From the NCBI GenBank assembly GCA_037379345.1, contig CM074514.1, positions 6,014,001-6,078,000 of the forward strand: a stretch of 64,000 nucleotides of DNA, in the 5' to 3' direction. Positions 27,401 through 37,600 of this stretch are shown here, one piece after another. Every line of letters starts with the position of its first letter. The first letter of the stretch is position 1. A model generated the notes under the pieces. That model was not told where the DNA came from and did no database searches. It saw only the letters and a list, made by a program, of their open reading frames with translations. Source of the stretch: Perna viridis (taxonomy: Eukaryota). Made by a program: the position numbers and the translations under genes.

Positions 27401-29107
27401 ACCATAATGATCCACAAGTTAATAATGACAACTTCTTGTACAAACATAAATTTTCTGTAGTGATTACTTCAATCTTGTAGCAATATAACCCTGTTCCAGT
27501 AGCCTATTTGTTAGAATTCTAGCGCGATACAAAAAGTCTGCGTATTATCGGCAAGATCTGGCATGTTACGTACGAGTTGTAATATGAATACTCCATACGC
27601 AGGTGTTGAAGGAATGTTGCCACAGATTAGAAACATATTTACTGGTTATAAAGGAATTGAACAAAAATGAGTTGGAGGCTGTAGTCCAATCAATTTAAAA
27701 AAAAATTACCCTACGAAAGTTGTTAGTCAACTCGTCCAAAGTTTATGATATATCACAAAAAAAAGGTACTTGAAGTCTTGATTCTATAGTTCATTTAAAT
27801 TGTATTCAATTTTTGTCTATTATTCCTTTTTTTTTTCTGTCAACTTTCCAATAACGCGGTTTTAAAGTGACCTTGAGGCACGTGCCTTGAGGCGACGGTC
27901 CATACGTATATACCGTCATTAGGATTTCCGTAACAAAAGATGTTTATGACTCATCTCACTGGTATCTCTAGATGAAATGCAGTCTTTATACCATGATGTA
28001 TTGTCATGCCCTCATTAAACCAATAACACATAAAATTTCGAGCATGATTATTGAGTAAGCTACATATATGGTGACCGGAAACATCTTTTCTAATATCTCT
28101 TACGTTTCCGGTACAACAGCGGATACACTCCGAAATTGTATAAAATGAGACTTGCCTGATTCGTTGACCACTGAATGGTTGATCAGCTGAGAAATCTTTG
28201 ACCTCTGTCTGTAAAATGGGGAAATATTAGCCATTAATTACACCTGAATATTTATTCCTCAAATTAATCCCCGTAAACGCCCACAAAAATGTTACGGGAG
28301 TACATTAGGAACATGGTTATCCACGGAACACAGTTGAATGAACTTCCTTGGGTACATAACTAGGCAATTAACGATTACATTTTAAACTACTCAGGGGCGG
28401 ATGCAGACGGGGCGTGGCGGACCTGCGCCCCCTCTAAAATTTGCAAAGCATGGATTGTCAGGGGTAGATTTAGGCGCTTTTTTTTTAAACTTTAATTTCT
28501 CGCTAATTATAGCACAAAAGATATCTACATCTGTGCACCCCTCCCAATCCAAAATCCTGGATCCGCCCTGCTTTTGGAGAGTAAACTTCCCGAAGTTGCT
28601 TTTATCATAACTTGGCCAATATTAAAAAAAAAACCTATGGTCATTTAAACAAGGGAGGACCAAGTCCTCTGAAGTTTTAATCTTGTTACTCGCTGTAATT
28701 AGCTGGAATGGTGATAAAAAGAATGTTACTAAGTTACCGCATGTTGATACATTTGTCCAAATTCGTGCATTGTTTACATTTTAACTTTGATAAATTGGGC
28801 ACAGAAAAAGAGACTAAAGAGAGATGTTACTAGAACTCCAGATATGTATGTGTATTCGTGAGACTGCCTATGTGCTCGTAGATTGTATAGGGACTCAGTA
28901 AGTTTTCGTAAAATATAGCAGTCAAATGAATGAATAACTCCTGAGAAGTGTCTAAGAGAGAATTCATGGTATGACAATTGGTTCAGCGACTAGTCAGTCT
29001 GAACTTACCTTCAATTTTCCTTTCCCCTTCCTCCTCGTTTGACCTTTGGACGCATTGACCAAAACAATGATGAAGACAATCGCGTAACAGCAGAACTGTA
29101 ACTTCAT
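293..29107 (-). CDS. Secreted mosaic SRCR/C-type lectin/kringle/LDLa/PAN protein (Tequila/GRAAL-like); 3' end lies outside the window
   Basis: 20 phase-consistent exons (2759 nt, ~919 codons): 29107-29009, 28208-28156, 26965-26825, 26227-26040, 25658-25461, 25244-25089, 24679-24452, 23382-23264, 22359-22224, 21027-20967, 20370-20288, 17607-17519, 15453-15297, 14233-14123, 8654-8495, 8170-7992, 6343-6236, 5639-5501, 1185-980, 440-293. All introns are GT-AG except one GC-AG. Domain motifs were read directly from the translation. Confidence 0.88.
980..1185 (-). CDS. Mosaic gene exon 19: SRCR domain 3, C-terminal half
   Basis: [15 protein letters not shown]...[13 protein letters not shown]. Confidence 0.92.
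1422..1867. mobile_element. PIF/Harbinger-type MITE, copy 1
   Basis: TIR GGTCTCACTAACCACTTC...GAAGTGTTTAGCGAGGCC with TTA target duplication; inverted homolog at 30708-31168. Confidence 0.85.
2105..5523 (-). repeat. ~33-bp minisatellite, about 100 units, built from exon 18 end plus donor
   Basis: Unit GTTAGTAACT-GTTTGTAGAATGCTTGGTTACAG with variants; it explains the [11 protein letters not shown] ORFs. Confidence 0.95.
5501..5639 (-). CDS. Mosaic gene exon 18: SRCR domain 3, N-terminal half
   Basis: [43 protein letters not shown]; donor AG|GTTAGT at 5500. Confidence 0.9.
6236..6343 (-). CDS. Mosaic gene exon 17: LDLa repeat 3
   Basis: [35 protein letters not shown]. Confidence 0.92.
7415..7975. 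repeat. ~33-bp minisatellite
   Basis: aattctgagtacacatgctaggctgtagaaag-like units beginning about 16 nt inside the intron after exon 16. Confidence 0.85.
7992..8654 (-). CDS. Mosaic gene exons 15-16: SRCR domain 2
   Basis: VRLVGG..SGRVEI...[23 protein letters not shown] (8654-8495) plus [25 protein letters not shown]...HDC...AGVQC (8170-7992). Confidence 0.93.
9550..10156. mobile_element. Non-autonomous TIR element (CAGTG ends, 6-bp TSD)
   Basis: CAGTGTTCATT...AATAAACACTG flanked by AACTTA on both sides. Confidence 0.7.
10503..12815. repeat. 61-bp tandem satellite, about 38 copies
   Basis: gagatgaaga(ccgag/gcagg)acatt(t/a)gctgctagctcagactccataaatagcatacaactaggat at 61-bp spacing (10619, 10680, 10741, 10802...). 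Confidence 0.97.
12880..13070. repeat. ~32-bp minisatellite (further copies at 13805-13870)
   Basis: caacaatactacatgtgtattacatatcatat units. Confidence 0.85.
13631..13804. mobile_element. Palindromic (foldback) MITE-like element
   Basis: gaaactccattttatcattgtttta.cac.ggctgac.atttatg / cataaat.gtcagcc.gtg.taaaacaatgataaaatggagtttc inverted arms. Confidence 0.75.
14123..14233 (-). CDS. Mosaic gene exon 14: LDLa repeat 2
   Basis: [34 protein letters not shown], phase 1-1 exon. Confidence 0.92.
15297..17607 (-). CDS. Mosaic gene exons 12-13: PAN/apple domain
   Basis: ...LEY (17607-17519) plus [28 protein letters not shown]...DFYE (15453-15297). Confidence 0.82.
15690..15990. repeat. Dispersed element built of ATCATATGAT palindromic motifs; homolog at 41745-41940
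   Basis: Shared aaatcgagcacc..atgat.atcatatg and ttttcacaaacatatg segments. Confidence 0.65.
16322..16600 (-). mobile_element. Dispersed repeat, Penelope-like terminal region
   Basis: Homologous to 34846-35065, 60310-60590 (inverted) and 27230-27350; shared ctagaaaagcagagga...ccagtgcacctggtc...gttcccttgattactct. Confidence 0.75.
16825..16945. repeat. Short degenerate GACCGAT/TGACC repeat cluster
   Basis: gatgaccgatgaccagtgaccgatctgatcaccgatcgatgac. Confidence 0.6.
18080..18405. repeat. A-rich ~40-50-bp minisatellite
   Basis: aaatataaaagacagaaacatagcaaaaaat...ggcagacagtc units. Confidence 0.85.
19800..20307 (-). repeat. Degenerate ~55-60-bp repeat containing exon 11 end plus donor
   Basis: About 9 units of (GAAGAT.AAGTTGGCTGTG)(gtgagtaaatat...gtaaaactgtt). 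Confidence 0.8.
20288..21027 (-). CDS. Mosaic gene exons 10-11: LDLa repeat 1
   Basis: CPIGKFYC... (21027-20967) plus [23 protein letters not shown] (20370-20288). Confidence 0.85.
22224..23382 (-). CDS. Mosaic gene exons 8-9: kringle domain
   Basis: [25 protein letters not shown] (23382-23264) plus [16 protein letters not shown]...YCNIPLC (22359-22224). Confidence 0.92.
22490..23000. repeat. ~33-bp minisatellite flanking a retroelement fragment
   Basis: gacagaaataa(t/c)agtgctgagatag..gggtga units at 22490-22680 and 22880-23000. Confidence 0.75.
22690..22880 (-). mobile_element. Penelope-like reverse transcriptase fragment
   Basis: Minus strand encodes [20 protein letters not shown], resembling the PLE RT motif [17 protein letters not shown]. 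Confidence 0.7.
23961..24083. mobile_element. Small hairpin MITE-like element
   Basis: agaatat.aggcaa...tttttgatactggcttt / aaagccagtatcaaaaa...ttgcct.atattct. Confidence 0.65.
24452..25658 (-). CDS. Mosaic gene exons 5-7: C-type lectin-like domain
   Basis: [11 protein letters not shown]...C...[14 protein letters not shown]...WKW...WFPGW...QCM...C...FYICE; exons 25658-25461, 25244-25089, 24679-24452. Confidence 0.85.
26040..26965 (-). CDS. Mosaic gene exons 3-4: SRCR domain 1
   Basis: [34 protein letters not shown] (26965-26825) plus [13 protein letters not shown]...[11 protein letters not shown] (26227-26040). Confidence 0.9.
27220..27700 (-). mobile_element. Penelope-like element, 3' fragment (degraded ORF plus terminus)
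   Basis: [19 protein letters not shown], then [19 protein letters not shown] after a frameshift; 27230-27350 is homologous to the dispersed repeat copies. Confidence 0.7.
28156..28208 (-). CDS. Mosaic gene exon 2 ([18 protein letters not shown]), GC donor
   Basis: ttttacag acceptor; the AG|GCAAGT donor supplies the phase 2 that exon 3 needs and restores the SRCR start IRLKG. Confidence 0.7.
28392..28570. mobile_element. GC-rich MITE
   Basis: TIR CAGGGGCGGATGCAG...CTGGATCCGCCCTG; no clear TSD. Confidence 0.65.
29009..29107 (-). CDS. Mosaic gene exon 1: signal peptide [33 protein letters not shown]
   Basis: AAAAATG start context, hydrophobic core, AAG|GTAAGT donor (phase 0). Confidence 0.8.
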
Positions 29108-29614
29108 TTTTACAGATCTTTCACTGTTTCCTAAATTATACACCTTTTATTTACTTATTGAAATAAACACCACTTATTTTAAAACCTCAGAAATTTGGTG
29201 AATTGGATAGAAGGTCAATGTATGACAAGGTCCTAAGTGGTCTTACGGAAAAGAGCACTTCTCGACTGTTATCTAATTTCAAAACATATCACTTATTACT
29301 CAGGACACTTTGACAAGTTTAAGCTACAGATTAGCTGTGCAAATGATGTCAAATTGGTCACTATGTTGAGAAAATATCGCATGTCACGAAAAGGAATTAG
29401 CCAGGGTCTTTAAGTTAGGGCTCTGGTATACGAGAGATGCATAGCGGAAAATACCCAAATAAACATTTGGACAATATCCCCGAAACATGAAAATGATTGG
29501 AGATAAATGTGAATTGAAGTAAAAAAAAAACAAAAAATGTGTTTAAACCACATTTTTATCAGTGATCTAAAAATAATTTAAGTGTTCTTGGTCTGTAGAG
29601 TCTAGACATTCTTG

Positions 29615-30345
29615 TTACAAATTCAGGTAATGTAATTGTAAACGTCAGATTGCAACAATCTAAACATTCTTGCTACAATGTATGTACTGTAATTATTTGG
29701 GTCAAATTAAATTGCTAGAATCCAGGCAATGCGATTATTAAGGTCAAATTGCTACAATTTAGGCAAAGAATTTGTTAAGGTCCACTTGCTACAATCTAGG
29801 CAATGCAATTGTTAAGGTCAAATTGCAACTATCTGAAATGTAATTATTAAAGTCAAATTGCTACAATTCAGGCAACGTACTTATTTAGGTTGAATTGCTA
29901 GAATTCAGTCAATGTAACATTTTAGGTCAAATTGCTAGAATCCAGGATATGTAATTGTTAAGGTAAAATTGTACAATATCTAGGCAATGTAATTATTAAA
30001 GTCAAATTGCTACAGTTTAGGCAAAGAATTTGTTATGGTCCACTTGCTACAATCTAGGCAATGTAATTGTTAAGGTCAAATTGCAACTATCTATGAAATG
30101 TAATTATTAAAGTCAAATTGCTACAATTCAGGCAACGTACTTATTTAGGTCGAATTGCTAGAATTCAGTCAAGGTAATAGTTTAGGTAAAATTGCTACAA
30201 TCTAGGCAATGTAATTATTAAAGTCAAATTGTTACAAATATTCATGATGAATGATAGAATTCAAGTAATGTAACTGTTTAGGTCAAATTGCTACAATACA
30301 AGCAACGTAAGTGTCAATGTCAAATTGCTACAAGCAAAGCAATAC
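29615..30345. repeat. ~37-38-bp minisatellite upstream of the mosaic gene
   Basis: aggcaatgtaattgttaaggtcaaattgctacaatct units. Confidence 0.9.
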
Positions 30346-30707
30346 AATAGTCAATAATATGATATCATTTGTATTAGACATCTAACCACCCTATATATTT
30401 AGAAAGAAAATCAATCTTGGTAGTTACCTCTTAAGGGTGTTTCTTTTCTTGTCATTACAGGTATATATTACACATAAGGCACCCAGTCTTTGTTGGACAT
30501 GGGAGATTTCCATTTATCTGATATATTGGGCCCTCTTCTTTCATCAGACATTGGGATTCCCATTCATATCAGATGTTGAGGTCCCCTTTTAATCTAGCAC
30601 AGGTAGATACAACTTGAAAATACTGAACCCTGGTCTAGAAAGGTTGTTTACTGACTAATTTCATGTTTCAAATCAATTGTCAGGGGGGATAATTCACAAA
30701 AGGGTAA

Positions 30708-31168
30708 GGTCTCACTAACCACTTCCGGGTCAAATGGCCTACCCCCCTATGTAGTACCAAAAACACACTGAACCTAGACATATGCATTGTAAGTGCATTA
30801 TTTGTGTGTATTATGATTAAAAGTAGTCAAAATAAAGCTGAGAATGTGTACTTTAAGATCATATATGTAATTAACTACAAAAGTGTATGAATATTGTTTA
30901 CATGTGTGAGTAATTTGCCTCCATGCTGTCAGTTAGCAGAACAGGTAAAAATGTGGATTTTCAGTATTATTTATTCAAGTAAATTTTGTGAAGAATTTCT
31001 ACTATGATCGTACCATTAGCATAATGATTTTGGAAGCCTTATTTTCCAAGCTTCGCAACGGTATGCAGCTTTAAGATGTCATTTGTCCTGGGAATTCACA
31101 GTGAGACTTTGAAAATTACTTTTTTAACATGTAAAGTAATGGAAACGTTAGAAGTGGTTAGTGAGACC
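30708..31168. mobile_element. PIF/Harbinger-type MITE, copy 2
   Basis: Perfect TIR GGTCTCACTAACCACTTC...GAAGTGGTTAGTGAGACC with TAA target duplication. Confidence 0.88.
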
Positions 31169-34100
31169 TAATACTAAAACTTTGACCTTTTTAAGCCCTA
31201 TTATAAGGAACATATTTTATCTATTAAAAGTTTTTTTATCTGTTCCATTTTCAAAACTTTCGCTGGAAGGTACAAAATAACATCAAATTTGGCCTTTCAA
31301 GGGCAATAACTCTCAATAAGGAGTCATCAGACAATCTGCCCTAAACAAAACTTTTGTAGGACTTATCAGTAGGATCATTTCATCTATTGGAAGTTTTTTT
31401 TCTATCTGTCATAGTTTTCAAGATATTAATTAAAAACTACAAAAAACAAAATTTTTCGCCTTTCAAGGCCAATAACTAGGAGTGGCTAAACAACTTTGAA
31501 ACAATGGAGACTTTCATAGAGCTTTCGAGCTGAAGAAGGATAGTTGCATTTATTTTCCAATATCTCTTATAGTTTTTGAGATATATGTAGAAATTGGTGA
31601 CTTGACCCTGTTGTAAAAAAATAGTGGCTGTGGCCATGTTTTACACTTGATCTATATCATTGATACATTTTTAAAGTAGAAGCTCAAAAGATACTGGTGA
31701 TCAAGTTTTGTAAAAATCTACTGAGTTGTTATAAAGATTTTTAAAGAAAAATTAACGACAGTGTCAAGTGATAAAAGCTCATGTTTTCTCAGCCCAGGTG
31801 AGCTAAAAAATAAGATACACAAACATGACTGAAATGTGAAGAACAAAATGTTAAACTTTAAATGGAACAGATTCAATCTGCTGTTTTTCCTCGCAAGATA
31901 GGATAAAATACTTAACAGTTTGGGGTTATTAAGGTCTTGATGACTTTGTTATCTTTGTAATAGGCTTTATTACTGTTGTACAAATGTAATTTACAGGGTG
32001 AATATTTGCTTTTAAAACAAATATTCCAGATCAAACTTATTACATGCATCAATAAGCCTCATACTTCATTGGCACGACTGTGACTGAAAAGAAAACAAAA
32101 TGCAAAGTATGAAAATATCCCTCTTTATTTCTCTCTTTCAGGAAAACGTAAGAAAACATAAGAATAAGAAAATAAGAACAAATGGAATTCATGTGGCAGA
32201 GTATAAAAGTTTTAGGGCTAAAATCACATTTACATTTTGGAATTAACTTATTATTACAGAATCTGTAAGTTTCAACTGTATCAGTGTAAGTATACATTAT
32301 AAATGTTCAATAGAACTAAAATATAAAATGCAAAGGAAATGAAAAACATCTGTTTTATCAGAATTTGAGTGATGACAGTCTTCTGAGCTTAAATTTATAC
32401 ATATTCACAACCAAAAAATAGAACAATGAAGAAAAAAAAAAAACATAGCAATCACCTAAAATACAAACTTGCGTAATTATCCACTATTTTTTTTACAGAT
32501 GTATAAATATACTAGAAAAAATTAAGTATAATATCTTGAAACAATAAGAACTGATTCTCTGTAAACATGAGTTCTGTAGTGATTTATGTCCAAACAATAA
32601 GTCATCATTATGAATTACAGTTATTTCAATACAACACAATATCCCAGTGTAGATTCCACAAAAAGCAACCCAATAAACCCATAGTAACCACAATGTACTG
32701 GGTAACCTAGAGCAGAGAGAAAGCAACATCTCAGCAGATTTTATAACAATTCTCATAACACTGTTAACATGATCAATCCAGACTTTCATTAAATGAGGTC
32801 TGTGGAGCAAATTAAACTTTATAACTAATTGCTAAAAAAACACACAACATTTCGTCTGCAACATCTTATATTAAAACCAATGTAATGGTGTAAGTAGCCC
32901 ACAGATATAATGAGTATGATTAAATCAGTAAATAAAATAAACTTGTGTAACGAGTAACAAACATGATAAATAAATACATAAATAACATATAAAATACTAT
33001 AAATATCACAATTAATATTAATATGGTTTTCTCTACAGTATGTTCATACTTGGACCTTTTTCATTTTCAGAGTGGTTATCAAAAATAGCAGCTACCTCTA
33101 TGCTTCTGAAGCCTAAATGGTTAAAAAGAACATTGGTGTAGTATAGGGGTATCACCATTAACGCCCAATTCAGCCTCTATATATCACAAAGTGGATGGAG
33201 TACAGTCATTAAGGCCTATTTCAGGCTCATGTTAATACTATTTATTCAGAAATGGTTATCTAATTCTTTTACACTTACGTTTTTCAAACATTTTTCTTTT
33301 CGTGTTTCTAAGCAAATTTAGAATTTTGATGAAACCAATCAACTAGTACAGGAATTACCCCAAAAGTATATATTGTCACTTTCTTGTTATTTGCTAAGAT
33401 TAGGCTCTACATTCATAATTTCAACTATCTCAACACTGAAATTACAAAATTCAAAATTTACACAGATGGAGGAACATTAATAAGCAACTTATGGTAAAAT
33501 AAAATTTTATAACTCACATGCAGACACTTTCATTTCATACAAAATATGATAAAAGAATAACATATTTAATTCATTTTCAAACAATTTACAGAAAATGGTC
33601 ATTTTTTAAGCACTTAAATTAGCCAGAAAATTTAAAATTCTGCTATATCAGCTAAAGATAATCACAATCTGCAACAAAAAATTAATTTAGGCTATTTTGA
33701 CTATCTAAATGACCCGATCTTTGTCCTACATTGAGAAACAGTCATTATGTATTACTGATTCATTGTTTCATAATTAACACATCCGTTACAGGTGGAAGTC
33801 ATCATCATAAATACAATGCACATAAAACTAATGAATTTAATAGTTTGTAGACTTGTATTAAATCAATGAAGACATACAATTTATAAATGGCACCATTAAA
33901 GTTAATTGGAATGTCATAGGAGTTATGAAATAAAGCATCATTCAGCTGGGTTTTTCCTTGATCACACATATTTAGTATCAATCAAACAAATTATGTTTAT
34001 TAAAAACATAACAATTCATTTGTTATCAACTGTCAGCCTTTTTCTTATCTTCAAAATGTTTCCATAAAAAAAATATCCAATTACTTTTCACAAGTTAATA

Positions 34101-34645
34101 AGATTCAAAAGGGTTTCTTAAAATTATAAATAAACAAAGGCGTTACATTACCTTTACTTTTAGGTTTTCATCAATGATTATAAAAAGGATCAATAATAGA
34201 AAATGTAAAATGAAACAATAGTGTTTATATGTTCTGAACACATTTTTATTATGCCATAATACTGGGATATTGCAATTACAATGACTTAAAGTTATCAAGC
34301 AGATGAAAGGTTTGAATGTTTATAAGAAGTACTGACAAGCCAATCCTATTTAATACAAACTCACTACATAAAAATCATCAGTAGCATAAAGATAATTTCT
34401 CTTCATTTTCTTGACCAAGTTAATTTTTAGTATAGGACTCATTTTGTAAGAAATTAAACATTAAAAAGTCATAAAAAATATACATAAGAAGGAAACATAA
34501 AGATAAGAAACTCATAGATTGTCAACAAGTGGAAAACATGACAAAAAATTGCATAAAATATCACAATAACAGGCATGATTTCTTGTGATCCCATAATACC
34601 TCCCACAACAATGATGACCAAAGGAATTATGTCAAATCACAATAC

Positions 34646-37600
34646 TCATTTCAGATCAGAAGCATCCCTGGAAAAACAGAATAAAAAAATCAATTAAATA
34701 TCTTTCTGCATAGTATAGAGTTTAATTCATTTTTTAAAAGTAAAAATCAGAACAAGCCTCAAAGTTTTTGTTCATTAACTTGCATTATAACTTAAAGGAA
34801 ACTTCCATGCAAAAAGAATTCAATTAACTATCATTCCATGGCAGGTTTTTCTAGAAAAGCAGAGGACCTTACCCTACCAGTGCACCTGGTCCATGCTCCA
34901 AGTTTTCAGTGGAGTCCGAGTTGCTCATTTGCTTTTGTTACTTTGTATGTATGATTTTAGTTTATGTTCTTTGTTGTGTTTGTCTGTTTTCCATGTCTGG
35001 TCTTTGTCCCTGGATTATATTCTTTTGATTACTGCTATAACCATGGTTCCCTTGATTACTCTTCCATATAAAAGTCACATGATAGAAACTGATTCCATAC
35101 CATTGTGTGTTTTTGTATTTGTTTTTAACCTTTTTCTTCAAAATTTGAAGTTTTCTGTATATAACTATCGATGTACATAAAGCATATTTCCATGCATTCT
35201 AACTTCTATTGAAATTCCTGACAGTATCAATTAAGTGCAAAAAAAAAAACACCAGCACTTAGGACATTTTTTCCTAAGTTAAAGAACCACATTAAGTACA
35301 TTTCTAATCTTTGATCATGTAAAGTAACACTTTCTGTGATTTGGTTACTTTATCTACATCTAGGATCATTTGCCATTACAACTGGTTGTGTGATTGTGTC
35401 ACTTTGTCTATGAATTTTGATTGGTCAAAAGAATGGTAGTAATATTCCTAATGTTGTTCTCCAATAATGGTGACCTCATAGATTGTTACACTACAATGGT
35501 GGATGTCAAAGGTAAAGTAGTGTATGGAACCACAGAGAAAAAGTTTCATAACTCGTTAAACTTAAACATCCAAAAAAAATTAATTTGCTTTATTTAATTT
35601 CAACATCATAACAAACTCACCAAGGCTTGATTGTTATGATGTTGGAATTAAATTAATGGAGTTAATATTTTGCAATATTTTAGTTTCACTCATTACCAAA
35701 CTTATGATTATTAGTATTTACTTACTGGATGTTAGGAGGACCATCTGTTGTTTTCGGAGTTTCTGGACCTGGATTCTCTGTTGTCTGATAAAACATTTAA
35801 GCAAGATAAAAAGGTGAAAAACCTACTTTAGCCATAAATGAACTCAATAATGATATCTCTCTTTCATTAATATGAGTAAAACTAGTTTTTTTGGTTTTCT
35901 CTACACGTACATTTTCCAGAAATGTTTGATAGCTAGCACTGAATTTGTTACTGTTCAGCAAACTACTTTGTTAGGAAAAAACACTCAAAAATATATCCTC
36001 ACTTTCACTACTTTCTCTAAATCTTTAAAAAGCTGTTTAAGTTGCTAATCCTGTTCTATACAAAACATTCAAGAAAGAAATAACAGATGGATTTATTCTT
36101 CACTAAATAGTTTGCAAGTTTTTACACAGCAAAATATCTGAAGAATTATGAAATTTAGTGAATAAACCATTTCTACAATAATTCCAAAAAGACCATCCTC
36201 TAAACAAGCTTACACACTCTTTTCACCAGATTTTCTTTAGATGATATGATGTAGATTTATGTGAATTACATGTACCTGTTGCAAAGTTGTTTCTGATGCA
36301 GGTAAAATAGATTATTGTGATTTACTTGTTGTGGGGGTGTTTTAGATGTAGACAAAGTAGATTCCTGTAACTTACCTGTTGTGGAGGTGTTTTAGATGTA
36401 GATGAAGTAGATTCCTGTGACTTACCTGATGTAGAGGTGTTTCAGATGTAGATAAAGTAAATCCCTATGACTTACCTGTTGTGAAGGTATTTTAGATTCC
36501 TGTGACTTACCTGTTGTGGAGGTGTTTTAAACATAGGTGCTGAAGATTCCTGTGACTTACCTGATGTAGAGGTGTTTTAGATGTAGATGAAGTCGATTCC
36601 TGTGACTTACCTGTTGTGGAGGTGTTCTTGATGTAGGTGATGTAGATTCCTGTGACAACTCACTCCTTATTTCCTGTGCTGTTTTAGTAGGCTCTCCAGT
36701 TGAGTCCTTTTTAAACAGATTTGTCTTGGCTTTAGCCTCTTTCTGTTTTTTATATGTATCTTCCTGAATCTGCATATGGTATTTATAAGTAGATTCTGTG
36801 CTTGCCATAGTACCTAAACACAATACAAACAATAAAATACTGCAGGTTCAAATCACATCAATTGCTGGAAGGTGCACAAAAATGCAATACTCTGGGGTTC
36901 AAATTCACATCAGTCATTTAAATGTTTACTGTATTTTCCTGACTATAAGTCAATGTGGAGTATAAGTCGAATTGCCTAATTTTGACCAAATACCAAAGAT
37001 AAGTCAAACTCGGCAGATAAGTCGAGGGTCAGACATGTGTGTCAGCGGACACCTGAGTTGAGCTGTTTGTTTTCAACATCATATTATTCCAGCGATGTTA
37101 CTAAGTATAATATTTCTGAATTAAATTAATAATTGTTTTTTTGTTAAAGTGTACCTTGCAAGCAAGTTCAATCATATTTATTGAATGGGGTGTCACTGGC
37201 TCTGAAGCCTTAGATCATCAGGTGTACGAAATCATAAGCATGTCAAACGTGGGCATCCATGTGTGAAATAAGCGGGAAATTCATTTAATGAATTGGTCAT
37301 AATTACAAGCAGTAATTAATAAATAATATTAACTGGTATTACAAAATACAATAAAAAATAATTGTTAGCTACAAATTTGGTTGCAATTTGCCATTTAGAT
37401 AACACCTTAACTAATTTTAATTTGAGCCACGACCGAATGTGTTAAAACACACTGTAAATGGGTATAAATTTGCATATTAAAGGACCGATAACTCCAGAAC
37501 ACTCGATAATGTCTTTCCAGTTAAAAATTGTTTTGTTAACGTATCAAAGAACACTCTCTGTAATAAACAAGAACAATAAAAAAAAACTGATCCAGGGCAT

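Noticed and set aside
31900-34645. Short ORFs (32049-32297, 32493-32810) and a possible polyA site
   Set aside because: AT-rich with no domain or splice support; probably PDXDC1 3' UTR or intergenic, and the polyA site cannot be assigned from sequence.
36925-37030. Tigger-like terminus (TACTGTATTTTCC..ACTATAAGTC)
   Set aside because: No matching opposite TIR found, so the element cannot be delimited.
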